A stretch of DNA of 63,462 bases, filler included, from Stramenopiles sp. TOSAG23-3 (Eukaryota), in assembly GCA_900128585.1 (NCBI GenBank). It is 9 parts of 9 records of this genome, joined end to end, with 100 filler letters (N's around TTAATTAATTAA, not from the genome) between each part and the next. Parts side by side here need not be neighbours in the genome. Positions count along the whole stretch, not along the records: positions 39,083 to 48,727 come from LT642896.1; positions 48,828 to 58,463 come from LT642897.1; 7 more parts are not named here. One strand, given 5' to 3'. The stretch's first letter is position 1. Each line of letters starts with the position of its first letter. Under the pieces are notes generated by a model that had not been told where the DNA came from, did no database searches, and was given only the letters and a program-made list of their open reading frames with translations. Positions 43,004 to 54,331 of this stretch are shown here, in pieces. The translations under genes were made by a program, and so were the position numbers.

Positions 43004-45991
43004 ATGAGCGTCCAAAGGCAGCACCGACGGCCACAACCAGGGCTTAACCTGGTCGGGATGCAGATGAACGCCAAACCCAAAGCGGCAATGAACATAAAAA
43101 AACACACAGCAATGTCGTGGGAACAATTGCAGAGCCACCCTTTGTCACCAGAAAGTACGTTTTCGTCCGAAAGCGAAGGAAGCGCCGACGAGAACTGGGA
43201 AGAGGAGTGGGGGGCGGTGACGATCCAGTCGCTTGTGCGTGGGCACGTCGCGAGAAAGCTTGTGAAGCGCATTCGAAAGAGAAGGCGTAGGGTGTCGCGA
43301 GTTCGAAAACACCGCAACAGAAAGAAGCACAGGATGCAAAGGAAGAAAACCCCACCCCCGTCGCCAAACCAAGCCGCCCCCGCGCCGCCAGACACGGGCA
43401 CGGTAAAAGGCGCGCTCGCCGCGCTGTCCCAAATGAAGCGGGAGAAAGATAGGAAGACTGAAATCTTTCAGCAAAATGCTGGACGGCACGCAACATCAGT
43501 GCAACGGATGGTAAGAGGTCATCTTGCGCGTTTGCAGGTGGCCAAAATTAAACGACGGAGGGAAGTAGACAACCTGAAAAGGGAACTACTGCGGAAAGAG
43601 CAGGAACGGCTCCGGCAGCAAAGCGCGGCCACTCGGATACAAGCAGTTCAAAGGGGGCGCTCGGCCAGGGCTGAAGCGGGAAAGCTACGTAAACTGCGGG
43701 AGAGAGAACGGAAAGAGCAGGCGCGCAACGCAAAGGCGGCCACCAGCGTTCAAAAAATAGCTCGCGGGTTCCTCTGCCGGATCGGAATAATAGCCCTCGT
43801 CGCCAAACTGGCCGCCGACGAGAACAAAAAACTGAGCAAGGCGAAGAAACGAAAGGAAAGGCGCATTCTGAGCAAAAAACAGCACGTAGCGTCCGTACGA
43901 ATCCAGAGCCTGTGGCGAGGGGTCTCGTCGCGGAACGCCAGGCGAAAGGAACAGAAAGATAATCGCAAGAGGGAGAAAGCGGCAAAGGTTGTGCAGCACG
44001 CCTGTCGGAAGCACCTCGACCGAAAGAGGGCCCGAGTCATGGAACACGCGGCCCAGAACGAACGGAAGAAGGCGAGCGCCAAATCCGGAGAAACCAAACC
44101 GGTCGTGCCGTCAAAACATTCGCCAGGCGCTGTGGCGCACCGCAAGAAACGTCGGGCGCCCACCGTCATCAATTCGGAGATAATGAAAGCCGGAGAACCC
44201 ATGGCCATTCCGCCCCAGAACCCAGCGCCCAAACGATCGACAGCACCAAAGCCAAAGGTAGAGCCGGACGACGCCCTGCCGGACAAGAAAGTGCCGGAAG
44301 ACAGGACGCGCGCCAAACAGCGGTTTGAACACAGGGCGAGAATAAACCCTATGGTCGACGAGCCATTGTACGATTTTGAAAGTCTGCTAAGTGGCCTATG
44401 GGAAGGGGAGTCCCTGGACAACGACGGGAACGTGACGCAGATATTTGATTGCATTTTGAGATTCTACAAAGATCCCAGCAATGGCCAGGCTATGATAGAG
44501 GGGAGAGCAAAAACACGGTGTCAAAACAACGTCGGGGTAATCATAATGGAAGGCGTGTTTGACTGGGGGAGCAGCCGCTGCATCCTGGTCGTGGAAGGGA
44601 AAAAGTGCGAAGGGGGCCACACGTACATGGGTTGGGTCAGCCCTCCAGCAAAGTTGGGGAACGGAGCGCTGGGCATGGCCATCGACCAGTGCGGGCATGG
44701 CGTAGGGTACACTCTAGAAGCTAGCTTTCAGCAGTACATGTTTCACCTCAAGAAGAAGCAGAACACCCGAAGGGCCGAGATGCGCCCAATCCGCCAGCTG
44801 ATCAACAATGCCAGGAGCCGTGCGAACGTCGGGCGCCCAGGATCGAACGACAGGAGCTCTTCTGCAAAATCGCTCATAGCCAACAACCCCATGGTCGTAA
44901 CGCCGGAGCAGACCATGGGCCGAATGGTCACCAACGTCTCTGCGATGCTCGCCAATTTTCGGTTCCAGATGGAGGCCGTCGAGCGACGATCCGGAAAAGA
45001 CGGAGGCGGGAAGAGCGACCTGGGCGTCAACTCAATCGTGCACCTTATGTCCGAGTTGGAGTCCCGTTTGCCGGCCGTAAAAGCCACCCTGGAGAGCAAG
45101 CGGTGTGCGCCTGCCGAAAACAGCATTTGGAGCACGACTTTTATCCGCGGCAACAGCAAAGAGAGCAACCGGGCGCGGTCGTCCAAACCCCAGGCCACTG
45201 GCCCCGCTGGGATTGGGACGCTGGCAGCCACCGCGCGGCATGGCAGCAGTGGGAGCATAGGCACGCTGAGTCGCGAGAGCAGCGCTGGATCAACGTCCCG
45301 TTCCCGGCGCAAAGGGAGGCACAAGCGGCAGTCACTGCCGAGTAGGGAATCGGTAGAGGACGGGGGGCACTCCTCCTCGGACGATGCATGTTCAAACACC
45401 ACTGAAGAACGCACCGTCACGCCAATACAATCCCATTACAAGCATCTGTTTTCTAGCAGCAAACAGCCCCACGAATATGGAGTACACTGGAAATCGTCGG
45501 CGCAACCAATTTTAGTGAGTCACCTTCGGCGTCGGAACACCGCCGGCACCATGCTGGCACCGATGCAGGGGGGGGGGGCACAACAGAGCCCTTACCCCAC
45601 CAAAAAAAAGGGGAAAATAAAAGTTCGCTCTTCCAAGCAACCGAAAGAGGGAAAAGCGCACAGAAAACATGGTTTAATCACAAAGAGGAAGCACCACACC
45701 CCGCAGAAGCTGGAACCGACGAAAGCTAAAGTTGGGTCGAAGAAAAACAAGTGCTCCGACCAGCAGAAAAAGGAAGTACACGGGTTGCTGGGAAAACTAA
45801 AAATTAGAAACAAGGTTCTTCAAGCAGAAAAACAGATGTCGCAGACGGCAGCGTTGGAGTCTAAAATGAAGCCGAGACACCAAAACGCCACTACTGGCAG
45901 CGGCGCCAAACAGTCGTACAGATTGTCCACCGTGGAAGAGCTGTCTGGCCATGCCCCCCGAGGGAGGGGGGGGGTGCTCCAAGGGTGGTAA
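43004..45991 (+). CDS. Multi-IQ calmodulin-binding-motif protein
   Basis: IQSLVRGHVAR, VQRMVRGHLAR, IQAVQRGRSAR, VQKIARGFLCR and IQSLWRGVSSR. Confidence 0.8.
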   Translation: MSVQRQHRRPQPGLNLVGMQMNAKPKAAMNIKKHTAMSWEQLQSHPLSPESTFSSESEGSADENWEEEWGAVTIQSLVRGHVARKLVKRIRKRRRRVSRVRKHRNRKKHRMQRKKTPPPSPNQAAPAPPDTGTVKGALAALSQMKREKDRKTEIFQQNAGRHATSVQRMVRGHLARLQVAKIKRRREVDNLKRELLRKEQERLRQQSAATRIQAVQRGRSARAEAGKLRKLRERERKEQARNAKAATSVQKIARGFLCRIGIIALVAKLAADENKKLSKAKKRKERRILSKKQHVASVRIQSLWRGVSSRNARRKEQKDNRKREKAAKVVQHACRKHLDRKRARVMEHAAQNERKKASAKSGETKPVVPSKHSPGAVAHRKKRRAPTVINSEIMKAGEPMAIPPQNPAPKRSTAPKPKVEPDDALPDKKVPEDRTRAKQRFEHRARINPMVDEPLYDFESLLSGLWEGESLDNDGNVTQIFDCILRFYKDPSNGQAMIEGRAKTRCQNNVGVIIMEGVFDWGSSRCILVVEGKKCEGGHTYMGWVSPPAKLGNGALGMAIDQCGHGVGYTLEASFQQYMFHLKKKQNTRRAEMRPIRQLINNARSRANVGRPGSNDRSSSAKSLIANNPMVVTPEQTMGRMVTNVSAMLANFRFQMEAVERRSGKDGGGKSDLGVNSIVHLMSELESRLPAVKATLESKRCAPAENSIWSTTFIRGNSKESNRARSSKPQATGPAGIGTLAATARHGSSGSIGTLSRESSAGSTSRSRRKGRHKRQSLPSRESVEDGGHSSSDDACSNTTEERTVTPIQSHYKHLFSSSKQPHEYGVHWKSSAQPILVSHLRRRNTAGTMLAPMQGGGAQQSPYPTKKKGKIKVRSSKQPKEGKAHRKHGLITKRKHHTPQKLEPTKAKVGSKKNKCSDQQKKEVHGLLGKLKIRNKVLQAEKQMSQTAALESKMKPRHQNATTGSGAKQSYRLSTVEELSGHAPRGRGGVLQGW

Positions 45992-46062
45992 TCGGAAACC
46001 GGGAGGCATTAAAATACTGAAAAATTTGCTGTTAATAGACCGCGAAAGTATCTCTGTTAAAT

Positions 46063-46090
46063 AAAAGAAGAAAATTGGCTGTTATATTAA
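46063..46090 (+). other. Conserved intergenic element, copy 5 (plus degenerate copy at 46019-46036)
   Basis: AAAAGAAGAAAATTGGCTGTTATATTAA; upstream GAAAAATTTGCTGTTAAT. Confidence 0.88.
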
Positions 46091-46268
46091 ACAAAATAAA
46101 TTGTATTACACACAACATAGATTTTAATTTTATTTTTTAATGAATTGAGTTTTTATCTCTTATGAAAACACCAAAAAATGCGTAAAATATACTACTACAC
46201 TATCTTCACAAGAAAAATTATGCGAGGCGGTCATATGTTTAAGAAGCCTTACAGTCTCCTCTTTATAT

Positions 46269-48245
46269 TTAGTCCTCGGTAAAGGCTTCTACGATACTGT
46301 ACAGCTGCTGCTCTATTTCAGCAAAATCATCCTGGGTCAAACCGTTCGTTCCTTTCTCGTACTCAAACATGATCCTGCCAGGCCGGTTCTTGAGCCCGCC
46401 CAAAGTGGCCTGCAAAACAGGAAGCATGTCGTTGCTCGATCGTAGCACGGTCATGCACGACATAAAACGCTGGTATTGCCTGCTGTTCTCCTCCTCTTCA
46501 CCCTTCTTGTTCTCCACGTCGTCGTCCTCTTCGTTTTGCTCCAATTCCTCCCTTGTTAGTCTGTGGGGGTAGAACTTTTCTGGAAACACCCCGGGGCAAG
46601 ACGTCGAGTACCCCATGATCCGCCTCGGGTCACACCTAGACCTGGCCAACTGTTTGACAAGCGCCAGCCCTGGCGACCCGTCTCTATTGTAACTGTCAGC
46701 GTAGCCCCGCAGTGACCCAAGCATCCCGTAGGACATTCGCCGCCGGGGATTGCTGTTCTCGTCCGCAACCCTTTCCACGGCCGAGGGGAACATGGAACAT
46801 GTCACCCTTTGCTGGTGCGCCGGGTTAAAGCGGCCCCAATCCTCTACGACCGTACTGCTTGCAAAGAGCTCGTCCAGGGTCTGGGCGTTCTGGGCCTCCA
46901 ACGTCTTGGTGGTCGCAAAACTCCGCTCCACGCCTCCAACCAAACTTTCCGAGTACTTCCCGCCAACGGGTGCTGCCATGCTAAGCGCTGCAATTCGCCT
47001 ACGACTATCGTGCGCCAAGGCGTTAAATGCAGACGTCATATCAAAGCGGCCGCGATGGGCCAGGCGGAACGGCAGCGACACGGTATCGACTGCAAGCCCC
47101 AGCATACAAAACATATGGTGCCGAACATCGGGGTCGTAGGTCAGCCACTTTTGGCACTCCTTCTCCCATGGCCCGCCAAGAGACAGCGGAATGTACACGT
47201 TGCTCGCCGCGGACAAGTTGGCTACCCCGAGCGCAACATTGACGTTCATTTTTGCCTTGCGGTCTGCTACAGCACTGCTACTGTAAAGGAAATGGCCCCC
47301 TTTGCTCTGCCCAGACGCACCCCAGGATTTGGGGGTTAAGCCGTAGGTGTAAATGTTTGCGGACCGGCACTCCATCCTTACTTCTTCAAGGTACTGGTGG
47401 GCAAACCCTCCAAACCCCGAATCAATGTCAACAAACACTTGAAACCCTTGAACACAGTCTGTGTGCTCCAGTTGGAACCTTAATCCTTCCAAATACGCCT
47501 CTTTGTCGTCCTCGCTTGCCATGATCTCGTGGCCGTAACTCCAAACGTCGAACGGGGTCTCCTCCTTGACGGTTTTCAATTCGTACAATGACTTTGTGTG
47601 GAGGCGCGCAGCCCAGCCTTCCGCCCAATGCCGCGGGGGCTGCGTTGACCGTATGATCGCCTCCGCTTGGGTCTGTGTCAACTGTGCGGCACTCTCCCCC
47701 TCCGAGTTCGGCACAGGCGGCGCCCCCGCCAAGTCAAACCGTTCCATAGCCCCACCCCAGGAATTCATCGAAGACATAACGGCCGACTGCACGTTTTCTT
47801 GGAAAAAGTCGTAAGGGTTATTGTATGGGTTGTCGTACGGGTTCGGTATCCCGTACGACTCTGGGATTTGCCCTTGCCCTGAAGCATCACGGTCTTGTGG
47901 CCGTAGCAAATTGATCAACGAGGTGTCCTTCTTCGCGTCGAACACGAGTACCCTGGGCCACTCTTTGTCCTCTTCCGTGCCACCCCCAAAGTGTACCCCG
48001 CGGTCCACCTCCACTGCGGAAGGGTGTGGCTGAAGGCAGGACCCCGTGCCGTACGGCCGGATCAATTCATCTTGTAACTCCCAAAACGCACGACCAAGCC
48101 AGTTTGCCGACGGCCCGAACTGCAACGTAATAATTTCCCCACCGCTTCCCGATTCGCGCGTGTCCACGCTTGCCCTCGCCTTTGACGGCGAAGACGAACC
48201 TACGACTCCGTCACCCCCATCATCCCCTCTGTCAGTAAACTGCAT
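46269..48245 (-). CDS. MSTO1: Misato/DML1 tubulin-FtsZ-like protein
   Basis: EIITLQFG..ANWLG..FW.LQ, PRVLVFD and LRFQLE.TD.VQGFQVFVD.DSGFGG; probable start at 48245. Confidence 0.88.
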   Translation of the reverse strand: MQFTDRGDDGGDGVVGSSSPSKARASVDTRESGSGGEIITLQFGPSANWLGRAFWELQDELIRPYGTGSCLQPHPSAVEVDRGVHFGGGTEEDKEWPRVLVFDAKKDTSLINLLRPQDRDASGQGQIPESYGIPNPYDNPYNNPYDFFQENVQSAVMSSMNSWGGAMERFDLAGAPPVPNSEGESAAQLTQTQAEAIIRSTQPPRHWAEGWAARLHTKSLYELKTVKEETPFDVWSYGHEIMASEDDKEAYLEGLRFQLEHTDCVQGFQVFVDIDSGFGGFAHQYLEEVRMECRSANIYTYGLTPKSWGASGQSKGGHFLYSSSAVADRKAKMNVNVALGVANLSAASNVYIPLSLGGPWEKECQKWLTYDPDVRHHMFCMLGLAVDTVSLPFRLAHRGRFDMTSAFNALAHDSRRRIAALSMAAPVGGKYSESLVGGVERSFATTKTLEAQNAQTLDELFASSTVVEDWGRFNPAHQQRVTCSMFPSAVERVADENSNPRRRMSYGMLGSLRGYADSYNRDGSPGLALVKQLARSRCDPRRIMGYSTSCPGVFPEKFYPHRLTREELEQNEEDDDVENKKGEEEENSRQYQRFMSCMTVLRSSNDMLPVLQATLGGLKNRPGRIMFEYEKGTNGLTQDDFAEIEQQLYSIVEAFTED

Positions 48246-49058
48246 TCTTGTGTTGCACGGTTGTGTCGGGGGTACGAATAAAAAATCACAAATATGAACC
48301 CTATTCACATGAATTCCACAGAGTTGAGGCATGAACTTCTTTTTCAAACATCCATCGACACAATCGATTCGCTTGAACATTGAACAAATATATTCTTTTT
48401 CTTCTTCTTCTTCGCGCATTCGGATGATGATGATGATGATCGTCAATCGTCAATCGTCATCTCAAAAAAAAGAAGAAGAAGAAGAAGAAGAAGAAGAAGA
48501 AGAAAGAAAGAAAAAAGAAAGAAGATGAAAAGAGAAGAAGGAAGAAGAAGAAAAGGGGATGAGATAGAGGACAGAGATGGGATGATTATTTTGGTTGGCC
48601 CAGCAGCGTCGCGCTGCCCTTGCCATCCCTCCACTGCCCTTTGCTGGTGCTTGTCTTTGAATCTATAAATTAAGGAATTTATAATATATTCCCATTATAT
48701 AAGGATTATTGGCCGGGGGGGTGTTCTNNNNNNNNNNNNNNNNNNNNNNNNNNNNNNNNNNNNNNNNNNNNTTAATTAATTAANNNNNNNNNNNNNNNNN
48801 NNNNNNNNNNNNNNNNNNNNNNNNNNNATACTATGCTACGCAATGTAACCAGAGAACCCTTATGTACTGCATTTTCTTACATTTCATTTGGTTAGCAATA
48901 GGGTTAATAGTGCTATGTCCTGTAAATAAGAAAGGACTGCATTTTCTGCAAAATGATATGGTTATAGGGTTAAAGAGAGGGTTATATATACGACGGTGTG
49001 ACGACCTAACTTGTTTTTTTTTTATCTTACGAACATTATCTTGTTTACACGTAATTCT

Positions 49059-49760
49059 TTACAAATCTTTGCCGTAGGATGTCGCATTTTCCGCGCCTCG
49101 CGTTTCTGACAAAAGATCAGCAGTCTCTTCCAGGTGCAGCGCTTTCTCACTGGGACTATCCGTGACAGCCGCCATCAAAAGGTCATCTTGGATCCAAAAC
49201 TCAATAAAAGACGTCATAAAAGGTATCACGCTCATAACAACCAACGCCATTGTTCTCCCATCGCTTTTCAACGGCCCAAACACCAAATTTCCTACTTTTC
49301 CAAGCGAACTTCGAAATATATACATCAACCCAAAAAGGGACAGTCGCTGCACCGTGACAATAGCGACCCACACCCAAAGTTGAATGCAGTACGTGTCCAT
49401 CTCTGGTTTCTTTTTGTTTGGGCCATAGTTCCCGCTATCTTTGACCCCACTGATGCGAAGGTACACCCCAAGTTTCAAAATACAAAACGTGATCCCAAGT
49501 CCTAGCGTGACGCTGCACGGGCCGTCTTGCTTCCGCACGTAGCCTCCCATAGTCGACGCGTACATAAGGTTCAAAGCGTGGATTACAAGAGAGTACGTCA
49601 CCTGTTTTGTAAAATCTAGTGCAAACGTAAACAACGGGCGCCTGTCAGGCCCTTCGAGCCGCCATTTGAGGACCAAAATCAACAAACCAACAACCCCAAG
49701 CAAGCACTGCAACGTCCAGCCCAACGCATCAAAAAGCTCGCACTTTTGCTTCGCGAGCAT
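49059..49760 (-). CDS. STIMATE/TMEM110-family membrane protein
   Basis: LQ.LLG..LVLKW..E..RRP...F.LD.TKQ, SGNYG..P, QL.VW and VM..IP......FWIQD.LL. Confidence 0.8.
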   Translation of the reverse strand: MLAKQKCELFDALGWTLQCLLGVVGLLILVLKWRLEGPDRRPLFTFALDFTKQVTYSLVIHALNLMYASTMGGYVRKQDGPCSVTLGLGITFCILKLGVYLRISGVKDSGNYGPNKKKPEMDTYCIQLWVWVAIVTVQRLSLFGLMYIFRSSLGKVGNLVFGPLKSDGRTMALVVMSVIPFMTSFIEFWIQDDLLMAAVTDSPSEKALHLEETADLLSETRGAENATSYGKDL

Positions 49761-50770
49761 TCTTCTCCAAACTAAAAGTGCGGTTAAACCAAGAAGAACA
49801 AATCGCGGCTCTCTCTGTATGTGGGTGTTTCTGACTACGCTATCGTAACTGGTTATACTTGAGTAAAATGTTGAAAGTCTTCTGTTCTATTTCTTCTTTT
49901 CATTTAGTGTTTATCTCTACACATATTATGTATTCTTATCCTATTCAAAGAAAATAGTTGATTGTATAGTACCGGTTTTTCGTACAGACAGAGAGCAGAC
50001 CACAGGAAGAAGAACTCAACCAGTTGTTGATTAATTTCCTCGTAGTAACTCCACTATTTATACTTTACTACAATTTTTTATTATTATTATTATTAGTCCT
50101 ATTATTATTTATAATATACGAGGACATCAGGATGATTATTGTTTGTAGTACGGTAGTGTATTGTCACATTACGAGCGTACTCAACTCAACTCGCTCGGCC
50201 TCCCCCTTTTTAAATAAAATATATAATAAATAATAACTTCAACTATCAAGAATAATGATTTTAATTTTAAGAAATAGAACGATACAGTATAAGATATGTT
50301 TCCTTCACTATTTATATGTTTTTGTTTTTTAATAGAAAGAAGAGAGAAAGCGGAGGTGCGGAGGTTCGTATTGTACGTACCTCGTACAATGTAATACCGG
50401 TCTCGATAGGGTGGGAGGAAGAAGGAGGGAGAAGTATAAAATAAATAGAGTAGAGGGTAGAGGAGGAGGAGTCATCAAGCAACAACAAGAAGGAGGAGGT
50501 TGGTCTGTATGTGTTCTTTCTTCTTTTTTTTATTATTATTTTATTACTTCTTCTGCTTCTTCTTCTTCGTTCATCATCATCATCATTTTTTTTATTATTA
50601 TTATTATATAAATAATAACTAAAATAAATTAAAAGGAAAAAATGGAGAAATGTACAACTAAGATAAGATATACAATTTATTTGTGCATACGAAACTAAGA
50701 AAGAACGGAATCATAGCTTAGTCACACTTTTGAATTAAAAGAGAAGGGTTTTTTTCTGTGCGTATGCAGT

Positions 50771-51244
50771 ATGGTAAATACTAAACGTAGACTGCTGGTG
50801 AGAACTAAACGGTTGGTCTTGGGCTTGGCCGTAAACTGCTGCATGTTTGTCGCCAGCGGAGTCCGCCTGGTCCCAAACGACCAGCCTTTGTTAAAGAACA
50901 TTGAGGGGCAGTTTTATAGTTTTGTAGAAATAAATAGTGGGATCGCACCAGCGACGTTGAACACTCGGGAAGATCCGGATGGCATGAGGCTGCCCTTAAA
51001 GTCGTACAACTGTGCGTGCTCCATGACGAAAGCACGCCTTGAACCTGCGCCGCTGAACAGTTTTTTTGAAGAGTTTGAGTTTGTAGAAGCGTACGAGGAA
51101 AACGAAAATGGTGAAATGGCCAAGGTTGAGCAGAAAGAACCCGAACCAGGGTCTGATATTCTTGATGCGAAACCGGATTTCTTGGAGTGCAATTGCCACC
51201 ATAAACCTGTCCATATACAAACTCAGTTAGCCAAGCAGCCCTAA
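50771..51244 (+). CDS. Small putative secreted protein with CxC and SF(V/F)E/FEFVE motifs
   Basis: N-terminal hydrophobic stretch; YNCACSM and FLECNC. Confidence 0.6.
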   Translation: MVNTKRRLLVRTKRLVLGLAVNCCMFVASGVRLVPNDQPLLKNIEGQFYSFVEINSGIAPATLNTREDPDGMRLPLKSYNCACSMTKARLEPAPLNSFFEEFEFVEAYEENENGEMAKVEQKEPEPGSDILDAKPDFLECNCHHKPVHIQTQLAKQP

Positions 51245-51313
51245 CGCGGCCGCCGTGCTGTCCGTCTTCATAGAGGGGTTAACTTCATACGTTCGTGTAT
51301 AATATGTATTTTT

Positions 51314-51341
51314 AAAAACAAGAAAATTGGCTGTTATTTAA
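51314..51341 (+). other. Conserved intergenic element, copy 6
   Basis: AAAAACAAGAAAATTGGCTGTTATTTAA, ~70 nt after the stop at 51244. Confidence 0.9.
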
Positions 51342-51643
51342 TTGTATTTTAAAAAAACATTTTTTGGCTGGAGTAAAATTTAAAAATTTATCAAAAATAT
51401 CATACGAAAGTGAGCTGAAAAATGAGGACAACGAAGATGGCAGCGTCGCGCCCATTGTCCGACATGTTGTGTAAATCTTCCGCTTAGTTTTGACTCTTGA
51501 CCCGTTCTTTTGAACTATTCGCACGCGCGACATCCGTGGGTGGTAGAAATTGGATTTTTGTAAAAAAATCAGCGAGATATTAGAGATATTTAAAATGAAT
51601 AGAAAATTAGAAACGGACGGACACACTATTATCCTCTTCAGAT

Positions 51644-52708
51644 TCATTCGGGCGCCCACTTTGTCTCTCCTGTAATGGTATTGTGCAAATAGTACCGATC
51701 GTGCTCTTCGCTGAAATGGGATTCCCAAGGGTCTATGCCTTCCCTTTCGGTGGCAGAAATACTATTAAAATCTATCGTGGCCCTCCTGTTGGTCGCCTTG
51801 CGCCCCGCCTGCAACCCTTCCCCAACGCTTGCTTTGTCTCCCAGATAGTTTTCCACTTTCAAGTAACTTTCGTCTGCTGACTCTTCGCTGTCTTTTACAC
51901 TGACGGGGCTTGTTCGGAACCTGGGAGAGTGCGAGGTGCGCTGGGGACTCGTTTTTTTTATTTCCATTTTTTCTTTTGCTAGTCTGGAGATTACTACACT
52001 CATTCGTTTTTTCCGTTTTGTGCGCTCCGCATGGCTCGAAGACACCGTCTGCGCGTTGTCGCACATCAAACGAATGGCGTCCGTAATTGCTTTGGTGGAT
52101 TGCCGATCTGGGAGCAATTTTAGGTCGTAGATAATGCTATCCACGGTAGGCTTCAGCACGGACCCCTTCACGGTCGTCTCAAACAACGATTTCGTAACTC
52201 TAAACAGCTCCTTCATCCGTAAAATATGGGCTGTTACCAATATCGATGGAATTTTCTCCACGACAACAAGGTCTGCCGACCCATTCTTGTACATGTAGTT
52301 CAGCGCCAGCTCGAACGAGTGTGGTGGGGGCAGCTCGGGCAACAGGGCCTCCAAGTCAAGGCACCGTATCGGTTGGTGGGCACCACCGTTAACGATCAAA
52401 TCTTTCCCAAACGCATTTGCCTGGAACAGGGCACTCATGAGTGCAGACCCGTGCGGCCCGCCCACTACCGTAGCCTGGTGCACAAAGTACACAGTCCCGT
52501 TAAACGCGAACGCCCCGTCGATCCAAGGGTCGAGGGAAAGTGTTTCCACCAGAGTGTCCTTTTTCGCCTCCACGTCCGATTGCTTGATGCTTTGCCATTG
52601 CAAGGATGCCGGGGCGTTATTCCACTCCATGTCATCGATAGACGCATCCTCGAACACGATAGTGTTCAAGGCGTGCTTCCTTCGCCTCTCCGCCTTTGTC
52701 AAAAGCAT
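51644..52708 (-). CDS. BTB/POZ-like plus C-terminal WW domain protein
   Basis: VYFVHQ..V...S......F, FELALNYMY and ILVTAHILRMKEL; WW domain WESHFSEEHDRYYLHNTITGETKWAP. Confidence 0.75.
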   Translation of the reverse strand: MLLTKAERRRKHALNTIVFEDASIDDMEWNNAPASLQWQSIKQSDVEAKKDTLVETLSLDPWIDGAFAFNGTVYFVHQATVVGGPHGSALMSALFQANAFGKDLIVNGGAHQPIRCLDLEALLPELPPPHSFELALNYMYKNGSADLVVVEKIPSILVTAHILRMKELFRVTKSLFETTVKGSVLKPTVDSIIYDLKLLPDRQSTKAITDAIRLMCDNAQTVSSSHAERTKRKKRMSVVISRLAKEKMEIKKTSPQRTSHSPRFRTSPVSVKDSEESADESYLKVENYLGDKASVGEGLQAGRKATNRRATIDFNSISATEREGIDPWESHFSEEHDRYYLHNTITGETKWAPE

Positions 52709-54331
52709 AATAATCGATCCAAGTGATTTCGTTCCACACACACACTCCAACCGAACAACTTGCTCCTTTCTTTTTGCGTGTATATGAATTTCAAGAGAGA
52801 AGAGTGCGTGAAGTAAAGAAAAATCTGCCGAGAAAATTCATCCTCGTCCACTCTCTCATAAAACCATGAACTATCGAAACAATCACATGAGTGGCATAAC
52901 ATAATACATTTAAAGTTACATTTCTTATATTTTATAGATAAAATAATATTATATATCGGAAATTCCTTTGTTGGTTGTTCTACTACTACTACGGTACTAC
53001 GGTATAAAATTAAATAATAATATCCAAACCACCACCAGTAAGATAAGTAGTACTAAATGGAATGTAGAAGAGGTATTAAACAGGGTACAGGGACCACCGC
53101 GGTGTTCTCTATCTTCTTCTTATATATTCGTATCAGTCATTCTTTCATCCAACCAACCATCATTTGTTAACCAAGAGAACAACAAAAGAGCAACAAAAAT
53201 GAAAAAAATGAAGAAAAGAAAAAAGAGAATGAAATTGGTTCTTATAGTTTAGTACGACTAAATATAGCGTACATTATTTAGTACGATTTTTTTTTAAATT
53301 ATTTCTTTCTTTATTAATTAAGGTTTATATAAATCAATAAAAATAGATCTGTATAATATTTAAATTGTCCCACTATTCTTATATGTATTACATTTACTTT
53401 GTTTAAAAATCTTACCTTTTTCAGATAATATATTTTGATAAAAATACATTAAATTAGAAATCTTCTTATTTTTCATTCTTATTCATTCATTCTTCTTCAC
53501 TCACTCACTCCTTTCATTCGCAAAGCTGTTGTCTGTTTTTATATTTTTAGACAGACAGACAGACGAAGAACGAAGAAAAACAATTTTTTCCGAGTCAGCA
53601 TTCAACCGAAACCTATACATCATCGTAGTCCTCATGCATAATAAATTAGTACATTTTAAACTTATAACTTTTTTCTTTTTTTTTTAGTATTATCATCTCC
53701 TTCTTCATCGTATTTCATCATCAGAATGTATACCGGTACCGTAGTGGTGATTAATTATAATAGTGGATTAGAGTATTATTAAGATGTAAGAAGATTATTA
53801 GATTTTTTTAGAAGAAGATCTTCTTATTATTATTCCTTTTTTGGGGGCGTCGTCGTCTATGCTATCTCCCGGTTGTTGGGGTTGTGTTCGTAAAATAATA
53901 TAATAAATAATAAATAATAATAATTTATTTTTTTTATAAATAAAAAAATTATAATAATAATTTATTATTATTTATTATGTTGTACAGTAGTAGTACTTGG
54001 AACTTTGGAAGATGATAGTATTCTCTTCTTCGTTCTTTATTTATGTGTTGTTAAAGTAGAATATAAAACGCACAGATTTGCCTTTTCACGTTCCCAACCT
54101 GTCTCTGGTGAAAATCGTTCCCACATAAGATTGCGGGTCATCCAAAGCTCTGTTGATTGTGAACAATAAAGTGTAGATCAAGGAGCTGGAGAGGCCAGGC
54201 ATTCGTTTGAGTGACGCCTTTTGTCCAGACTGTGTGTAGTTTCGTCCGGCGGGCACGGTGCGGAACGGTGCGATAAAGAGGGGGGTGGGTGAGCTGGCGC
54301 ACGCACACGGGCGTACGACGGAACATTCAAA

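Noticed and set aside
46231-46242. CAT(AT)GTTTWA word in several 3' flanks (13771, 20823, 39402, 46232, 56516)
   Set aside because: Short and AT-rich; cannot be separated from background without computation.
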